Source of the DNA: Bacteroidales bacterium
Lineage (GTDB): Bacteria; Bacteroidota; Bacteroidia; Bacteroidales; CAIWKO01
DNA length: 34,714 bases
NCBI GenBank assembly: GCA_035389045.1
Contig: DAOORA010000050.1
Coordinates: 1-34,714, forward strand
Direction of reading: 5' to 3'
The translations under genes and the position numbers were made by a program. Positions 8,559-15,700 of the stretch are shown piece by piece. Within the stretch, counting starts at the first letter, position 1. Each line of letters opens with the position of its first letter. A model generated the notes under the pieces. It made no database searches. It was given only the letters and a program-made list of their open reading frames with translations, and was not told the DNA's origin.

Positions 8559-10148
8559 TTACCATTTGGGGTTTTCAGGATCCTTTGACCAATCTTTACT
8601 GGGAAAAGTTGCTTTTACTCCCGGGCTTATTTCTATTATTCTGCATCTGACTTCCTGGTCGGCATAACCGGTTCCGGCATAAAGCGCATAGTTAAAAGTA
8701 TTATGATTCGTAGAATCAGACACATGAAAATAGGTTCTTGACGGAGCTGCTTCTTCGCCGTTGGGCAAGCCATCGGTATCGTCGTGATTGGGCCCGATAG
8801 TACCAAAGTTTCCCCAGGCATTATAACAATCCCGGTGATGTAATTCGTGTGTCATCGATTCAGCAACGCACTTCAGGTGTTTTCCTGTTCCTGTCATGTT
8901 AAAAGCATTTCCCGACATATCATTGAGGGTTTCTGTAGGCCCGTTCACATCACAGGCCAGGGGGCCAAGTTGCAAACCATCGGTTGGCGACCAGGCTCCG
9001 TAATCCAGGGTCTGATCGTAAGTGCAAATATCCATATCCTCGACCACCTCGCCATCTTTCCAGAAAACAAACCAGCAGGGAGGGTTTGCGGTGGAGGGTG
9101 CACCTCCGTTCACGTTTAAATCCGGGTCGAAAAAGATTTTAACTTTATTGGCAGGGGTCATATCTGTTGATGAAAAGGTATGACTGTTCCCTTCTCCGTC
9201 CTGGCAGGAAACCCTTATCGTTCCATAAGCATCACCAAAATCACTGTTTGACGCAGAACTTAATTCGCTGTAAGGTATTCTCAAATCGGTGCCTGTTTTT
9301 GACGTACCTCCGGTAGTGCCCCAGTTATCCCAAATCCCATCCGGGGCTTCCCACTGCCAATCGGAGCAGTCGGAAGATGCTATGGCGCTGTACGAAATAA
9401 ACTCGCCCACCACCACTTTCCAGGCTTTTCCGGTTGTATTATCCTTCACATAATCAATCCATAATTCATATACATCTAAATTGATCGTTGGGGATGTAGC
9501 GCTGCAATCACCGTTTTCCGCCTCAACGTATATTGGTGTTGTGAATTTATGATCGGCATCACCATCAGGGACCTGATCGGCATCAGCCGTGTAATACTCA
9601 ATTCTGTCCCACGACCAGACTTCTTCATTCCATTCATTACCGGCTGCATCTTTGAAATAAAATGTAATGTTTATCGGGTCCGTCAGGCTGACAGGAAAAT
9701 CATCAGATACTTCTGCTGTAAAGGTAACAGAACGACCTTCCATGCACTGGGTGATATTATCTTCCACCGTCAATGTTACTGATGCATCAACCACCGTGAC
9801 GGTCACCTGGTCCTGATCCTTAAAACTGAAATCGGGGCCGACAACAGTAAGGGTATATGTGGTAGTCACTGCCGGTGTGGCCGTAGGATGTAAAATGTGA
9901 GGATCATTAAGCCCGGCCTGAGGACTCCAGGTATAACAATAATCCGGGTTTGCATCGCCCCCGCCGAGAATCACGCTTCCGGCGCCACAAATTGTCGAAT
10001 CCTGTCCGGCATCTGCATTTTGTGAAGACACTTCCGGAACAGAAAAAAGAACTACCAATGAAAGCAATAAAAAGTATTTTGATTTAACAAAGCTCATCTT
10101 TATAATAATTTTCAAAATTTCTTTACCGTTGTATTGACTTATTTCCAT
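8559..10148 (-). CDS. Exported PKD/Ig-like protein with a C-terminal HExxH zincin-like domain, paralog B (likely start at 10097, MSFVKSK...)
   Basis: Signal peptide ...PEVSS|Q. ADAGQDSTIC..WSP..GL.DP....P.A.P..TTTYTLTV (PKD-like). ESMT-HELHH at 8835-8849. DTDGLPNGEE acidic loop. Distal YADQE. Ends DWSKDPENPKW with no T9SS CTD. Confidence 0.85.
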   Translation of the reverse strand: MEISQYNGKEILKIIIKMSFVKSKYFLLLSLVVLFSVPEVSSQNADAGQDSTICGAGSVILGGGDANPDYCYTWSPQAGLNDPHILHPTATPAVTTTYTLTVVGPDFSFKDQDQVTVTVVDASVTLTVEDNITQCMEGRSVTFTAEVSDDFPVSLTDPINITFYFKDAAGNEWNEEVWSWDRIEYYTADADQVPDGDADHKFTTPIYVEAENGDCSATSPTINLDVYELWIDYVKDNTTGKAWKVVVGEFISYSAIASSDCSDWQWEAPDGIWDNWGTTGGTSKTGTDLRIPYSELSSASNSDFGDAYGTIRVSCQDGEGNSHTFSSTDMTPANKVKIFFDPDLNVNGGAPSTANPPCWFVFWKDGEVVEDMDICTYDQTLDYGAWSPTDGLQLGPLACDVNGPTETLNDMSGNAFNMTGTGKHLKCVAESMTHELHHRDCYNAWGNFGTIGPNHDDTDGLPNGEEAAPSRTYFHVSDSTNHNTFNYALYAGTGYADQEVRCRIIEISPGVKATFPSKDWSKDPENPKW

Positions 10149-10196
10149 TATCCTATTTTTTCAAGTACATAGTTTTTTTAATTTCATTTTATATTT

Positions 10197-11213
10197 TTAC
10201 CCGGGGGCGCTCCTGTTTTTACAACTTGAAATAATTTTTACCAGGTTTTTAAGCATATATTTTTTTATTTCTTCTAACCCCTGATTTTTAATTTGTTCCC
10301 AGTCATCGCCACAAACGTACGCGAGCAATTGTTTCAGGTCATCTTCTTTTTTAAATGTATTATTGAAAAGGATGTTAATATTCAAAGACCTGAGGCTGCT
10401 GCCAAGACTTATCCCCGTTTTTTCTGAAGGGCGGACCAGATATTCTTTCAACAACAGGTCAAATGCATTGGGCGTTCCGGCTTCTCCGAGAATACCAATT
10501 ACAGGCGCTGGTATCACAAGAGAGTCCTTAGCGCTTTTTGATAATGAGTCTACAATATATTCAGCTATTGCATATTCGTCTTTAACAATAGCGGCTCTGT
10601 ATGGATTGTCTTTTCCGAAAGAATTGTTGTGTGCCCCATGTTTTATATAACTGCTTATCAGGTCGTTGTAGTAAAAGAAACGTTTTTTGCGTATGATGTC
10701 CGACCGGTAATAGATCATACGGATCATCGAATCAATTTCGGGGTATGATTTACTTGTCAGATAGTTATTAAATTCAGGAATGTTGAATTTTTCAAGGTAG
10801 GTGAGGGAACCGACCAGTTCCGGTTTGTTTTCACTCTGACTCCGAACCGAACTGACTGAAAATTTTGTTATTTCTTTGTCCTCCGGGAATCCTGCCAGAA
10901 AATGTACAGCCCTGTACACATAATCTGCTGCATCAATTTTAATAATGTTCTGGAATACCTGGTATTTGTTTTTCAGATCGAAGGCCGGGGGGAGATTTCC
11001 TTTGAGCAGCATTAATTCCCATAAGGTGTTTTCCCTGATAACCCTGTCATTACTATAAAGATTCGGGATTTTCTCATTAAACTGAGCAACAGAGTCCTGT
11101 TTTTGCCATTGGCAAAACACCTGTGTTGACAGCATGGTCAGAACAAGAAAAACAATAAAATTTTTCATGAAATAAAATGCAGTAAAATTACTATTCAGAA
11201 AATGCTTTACCAT
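10197..11213 (-). CDS. Exported hypothetical protein, helical/HEAT-like (likely start at 11168, MKNFIVF...); candidate cognate partner/immunity protein
   Basis: Signal peptide MKNFIVFLVLTMLSTQVFC|Q. HEAT-like VIGILGEAGTPNAFDLLLKEY and LYSNDRVIRENTLWEL. Directly follows the 513-aa HExxH gene. Confidence 0.8.
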   Translation of the reverse strand: MVKHFLNSNFTAFYFMKNFIVFLVLTMLSTQVFCQWQKQDSVAQFNEKIPNLYSNDRVIRENTLWELMLLKGNLPPAFDLKNKYQVFQNIIKIDAADYVYRAVHFLAGFPEDKEITKFSVSSVRSQSENKPELVGSLTYLEKFNIPEFNNYLTSKSYPEIDSMIRMIYYRSDIIRKKRFFYYNDLISSYIKHGAHNNSFGKDNPYRAAIVKDEYAIAEYIVDSLSKSAKDSLVIPAPVIGILGEAGTPNAFDLLLKEYLVRPSEKTGISLGSSLRSLNINILFNNTFKKEDDLKQLLAYVCGDDWEQIKNQGLEEIKKYMLKNLVKIISSCKNRSAPG

Positions 11214-12748
11214 TGTTTTCCTCCTTTACTCCAGTCTGATGCAGGAACACCCAAGGCCCCGCGTGCAAAAGTCATCACACCGTATTCGTTGTCGCCGTAT
11301 TCAGCATAGGTAGGATGCTTTATCACGCGCAGGTTATAAGTGTCTTTATTTCCTATGGTGCAACCTAATCCGGCCTCAAGAGGGTCGGGGAGGCCATCAC
11401 CGATAAATACGGTTCCCGCAGGATTTCCCGCTGTGTCCGTATCAGCTGTTCCGCCAATTATTTGTAGTGCGTACACATTATGCTGCATCTCATGCCTGAC
11501 CACTTCTGTACAACAATCAATGCCCTGTGCGCCTCCGAATTCAATTCCGTTAATCATCAGTCCGCCGGGGTAATGTGTGCCGCCGGCAAGCCGGCATACG
11601 GCCAGATTCTGAACATTCCACCACAAAAATGTCCCTATAGAAGACCACCCGTAGGAATTGTCGTTATCGTACTGAAACAAATTCAGATTGGGAACAGCCC
11701 CCTCTTTCCAGAATAAATACCAGCATGGCGGATCATCATTGGCTGTTGCTCCTCCGCTTCTGCTCAATTCAGGTGTAAAAAAGACCGATGCTTTTTGCGG
11801 AGGATTCAGATCTGTTGATGAACAGGTGCAATTATTGCCATCTCCGTCAATACAGGTAACGGTTACAGTTCCGTAATTCATTCCGAAATAGCTGTTGTTG
11901 GCGGAGCTTAAATCAGAATAAGGGATTACCATGCCGTTGCCATTTTTTGCATTCCCTCCGGCCGGGTTCCATGTGTCGGGAAAGCCGTCGGGCATATCCC
12001 ATTCCCAGTCATGGCAATCAGAAGAAGCTATCGCACTGTATTCAATGGCGTCGCCCACAACAACTTTCCAGTCTTTTTTGGTGGCATTATCCCGAACATA
12101 TTCTATCCATAACTCATATACATCAATATTAAGAGTTTCAGAGGTGGCGCTGCAATTATCGTTTTCCGCATCAACAAATATTGGTGTTGTAAATTTATGA
12201 TCGGCATCGCCGTCGGGCACCTGCGCGGCAACCACCGTGCTGTATTCGGTTCTGTCCCACGACCAGTCCTCCTCCGTCCAGTCGGTACCATTGGCGTCCT
12301 TGTAATGGAATGTGAATAATAATTGATTGAAAAGGCCTGCAGGGAAGGCGTCTGAAGCTTCTGCCGTAAAGGTTACTGAGCGCCCCTCCATGCACTCGGT
12401 GATATTGTTTTCTACGGTTAATGTTACTTCGGCTTCCTCAACAGTAACCGTCACCTGATCCTCATCCCTGAAACTGAAATCCGGGCCAACCACTGTAAGG
12501 ACATAAGTAGTAGTTACTGTCGGGCTTGCCACAGGATGTAATATATGAGGATCACTAAGTCCGGTCTGCGGACTCCAGCTATAGCAATAATCCGGGTCTT
12601 CATCACCACCGCCGATAACAACACTGCCTTCACCACAGATGGTCGTATCAGGCCCTGCATCAGCCTGAGAAAACGCCTTCGGCATAAATAACATGCACGC
12701 TAACGTCAGCAGTAAGATGATTTTGATTTTATTATACTTGATTTTCAT
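11207..12748 (-). CDS. Exported PKD/Ig-like protein with a C-terminal HExxH zincin-like domain, paralog A (513 aa)
   Basis: Signal peptide ...PKAFS|Q. N-terminal ~320 aa are colinear with the 529-aa protein. GIDCCTEVVR-HEMQH at 11480-11494. GDGLPDPLE loop. Distal YGDNE. Ends DWSKGGKQW with no T9SS CTD. Confidence 0.85.
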   Translation of the reverse strand: MKIKYNKIKIILLLTLACMLFMPKAFSQADAGPDTTICGEGSVVIGGGDEDPDYCYSWSPQTGLSDPHILHPVASPTVTTTYVLTVVGPDFSFRDEDQVTVTVEEAEVTLTVENNITECMEGRSVTFTAEASDAFPAGLFNQLLFTFHYKDANGTDWTEEDWSWDRTEYSTVVAAQVPDGDADHKFTTPIFVDAENDNCSATSETLNIDVYELWIEYVRDNATKKDWKVVVGDAIEYSAIASSDCHDWEWDMPDGFPDTWNPAGGNAKNGNGMVIPYSDLSSANNSYFGMNYGTVTVTCIDGDGNNCTCSSTDLNPPQKASVFFTPELSRSGGATANDDPPCWYLFWKEGAVPNLNLFQYDNDNSYGWSSIGTFLWWNVQNLAVCRLAGGTHYPGGLMINGIEFGGAQGIDCCTEVVRHEMQHNVYALQIIGGTADTDTAGNPAGTVFIGDGLPDPLEAGLGCTIGNKDTYNLRVIKHPTYAEYGDNEYGVMTFARGALGVPASDWSKGGKQW

Positions 12749-12785
12749 AGTATTAATTGTTACATTTCATTGATCAGAGAATAAT

Positions 12786-15700
12786 TTAATATTCGATAAT
12801 ATATCCAAGTCCGGCAATGGTTTTTGTGTAAATAGTTATTGTTCCTGAAACGCCCGGCCTCAGAATTCCAGAAGGCCCGTTTTCCTCTTCGAGCGGCACA
12901 ACCAGTTCATGGTACATGTTGGTCAGCTGGTCAACGCTCAATGCTATGGGAGATATAGAAAGACTTTTCACTTTCACTTCAGGATTGATAATGTTGGTAT
13001 TGCCAAGATTAGCATACTCAATGGTAAAGCTGGTAATCCTGTTCGATCTTGCCGAGGGCGGGGAAATGATATATACTCCAAGATTGGGCGCCGCTCCTGA
13101 AACAACTTCAAATCCCTCCTGGAGCGAAACAGTATCTCCGTTGAGTTTTTCCAAAACAAGGTCAAAAACACCTGGTTGTATGCCTGTCAGATCAAATGTT
13201 GCATATATTCTTGAATAGTCTACATATATAATATCCTCTGCTGTGATGGTGATTGTTCCGTTTTCAAGACGCGCATCCAGGTATGGGTCAAATTTTGATC
13301 CGATAATCTCCAGGGTGACCTGTCCGGTATTCCCTCCGGTAGCAGGGTTCGAGGACAGTATCTGGAAGGTGAGAATATCAGCTCTGACGTCAACGAGCTG
13401 GCTGTTTCCTGCCAGGGTGTTTCCATACAGCAACATATAGTAACTGCCATCCATCACCGAGGGCACAATAATCTTCTGATTCCCCTGATAGGGATTATCG
13501 CTTGAATAATCATATATGATCCGGGTAGGCATATCATCATATTTGAGGTACATTTCGTTGGACCCGCTGACCGAGTCGGCTTTAAGGGTTGTGAGCATGG
13601 TCTCGTCATTCTGCGAATACGCTATCGGGATGCGGAAATACAGGTTCTCAAAGTCATTCAGCGTATCGCCGAGCGTAACGCCAATGGGTAATTCACGCAC
13701 GTTGGCAAACACCGGTTCATTAGTTTCGGAAATATTATTAACTTCATTATTTTCATATATTCCGTTTAGCACATCCGTTCTGATGATCACGTAATAATAA
13801 CCCAGGTGAAGCCCGTTTGCTCTGGCTGTAAGGCTTCGGGGAACTTCTGCACCCGCCCCGAGATTTATGCCTGACTGATACGATCCGAATAATTCATCAT
13901 CTATATCCCAGAAAGGATCTTCAGAAAAATAAACCATATCTTTTACGGTTCCAATGGCAGGATTCTGACCGATATTTTTCAGCGTCCATTGTATGGTTGT
14001 CGTTTTTCCGACGGTCACCGAATCCGGTGGAACGATCTCGACAACGAAAAGGTCAGCAGGAGGCGGCTGAGAAATCACTGTAAATGCATATTTTGTGTTG
14101 TTGTTTTCGTCTGATTCAAATATTCCATTGCCACCGTCGGTCATAATAATAATGATGAAGTTCCCTGTTACATTGTTGGGCAAAGTAACCGGCAGCGTAT
14201 CCGAATATGTTTCGTTAATGCCGATAATCCCTGTTCTGGTTTTTGACCCGATCATTACGTCGCCTGTATTAATTACAAAATCCGACGATAAATATATTTT
14301 ATCTGTCCAGGTACTTCCCGAAATACTGCCCACGCCCTGATTTTTGACAGTCCAGATAGCATTGAACGACACGCCGGTAACGGCCTGTGTCGGCACGGAA
14401 AATGATGTCACCACGAGGTCGGGGGGCGGGGTAAGGGTAATATGAGTGGTTAGCATGGACGGTCCGTTCTTTTTCCTTGCCCCGCTGTTGTTTAATAAAT
14501 TGCCATCATTATTATCCTGTTCATAATCGGCTACCACCAGCAGGTAATAATTCCCGCTTATGCCGTTGGGTATATTGAATGACTGGCTGCAGCTGTAACT
14601 TTCATCAAAGTCCAGTATTCCGTGGTGATTTCGTTTTCCGAGGTACAGGTCTGTATTTTGGTTCCATATGCTGTCGGTGGATAAATAAACGGCATCATAC
14701 CAGGTGATCACGGAGCCGGTAACCGACAGATTTTTTACTGTCCATTGCACCGTTACAGCTTGTCCGGAATTCACGGTATCGGGGTTTACAATATCCAGCG
14801 CCACAAGATCAACAGGTGGAAGCGGCTGGATATACAACGCATTGCTTCTTAAAACATTATTATACTCTGCTGTGTATTCAAAAATGGAATCTTCTGCATC
14901 TGCAAAAACATAAATATAGTGATTTCCTCCAGCAAGACCAGCCGGAAGGTTAATATCTGATACAATGGAATACGTTGAATCTGCAGCCACGGAAAACGAT
15001 GCCGCTAATGAACGCAGATGACTAGACGAACCGGGATCCCAGATAGGAATTGACGAAATAAATACCTTGTCGATCCACGTTTTGCCCGTGATATTTTTTG
15101 CACCTGCATTTTTCACAATAAAATTCAGCGGGATATTGTTTCCTGCCTCTGCAGAATCAGGTATCTGGATATTCATAACCTGCAAATCGGCCCATGTTCC
15201 TATATTCAGATGTATCATAAAATCGGCAATATTATTATTTTCATTAATGGCTTCATCAATGCCGTCACCGTAGTCGGTGTAAACATGGACATAATAATTT
15301 CCCTGAAGGCCTTCAGGAATTTCAACGGACAATTGATTGGGCATGGTATCACCCGGATGCAGTGTGCCGTTGCATACTTTTTCGCCCAGAAACACATTTC
15401 CTCCCTGGTAATACGATGGAAAATGTGACAGATAAATTCGGTCTTTCCATGTTTTGTTCCACATGGTCAGTGTTCCGGTATTTTCTGTTACCCATTGAAC
15501 GTTGATGGTTTCCCCTGAATTTGCGGAAGAAGGAACGACCAGGCTGCTGACAATAAGATCCGGCCTTTTAATCTGGATGGTTGATGCGCTGTGTTCCAGA
15601 TTATTTGCTTCAGAATAGTTTTCGAATATCTGGTCCAGATAATCGGCATGAATAAAAATATAATATGTTCCGGGAACCGCAGAGTCGGGCAAAGTGACAA

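Noticed and set aside
12749..12800. Frameshift or pseudogene joining the 1949-aa and 513-aa ORFs
   Set aside because: The downstream gene has its own intact ATG and signal peptide after a 37-nt AT-rich gap, and its paralog has the same independent start.
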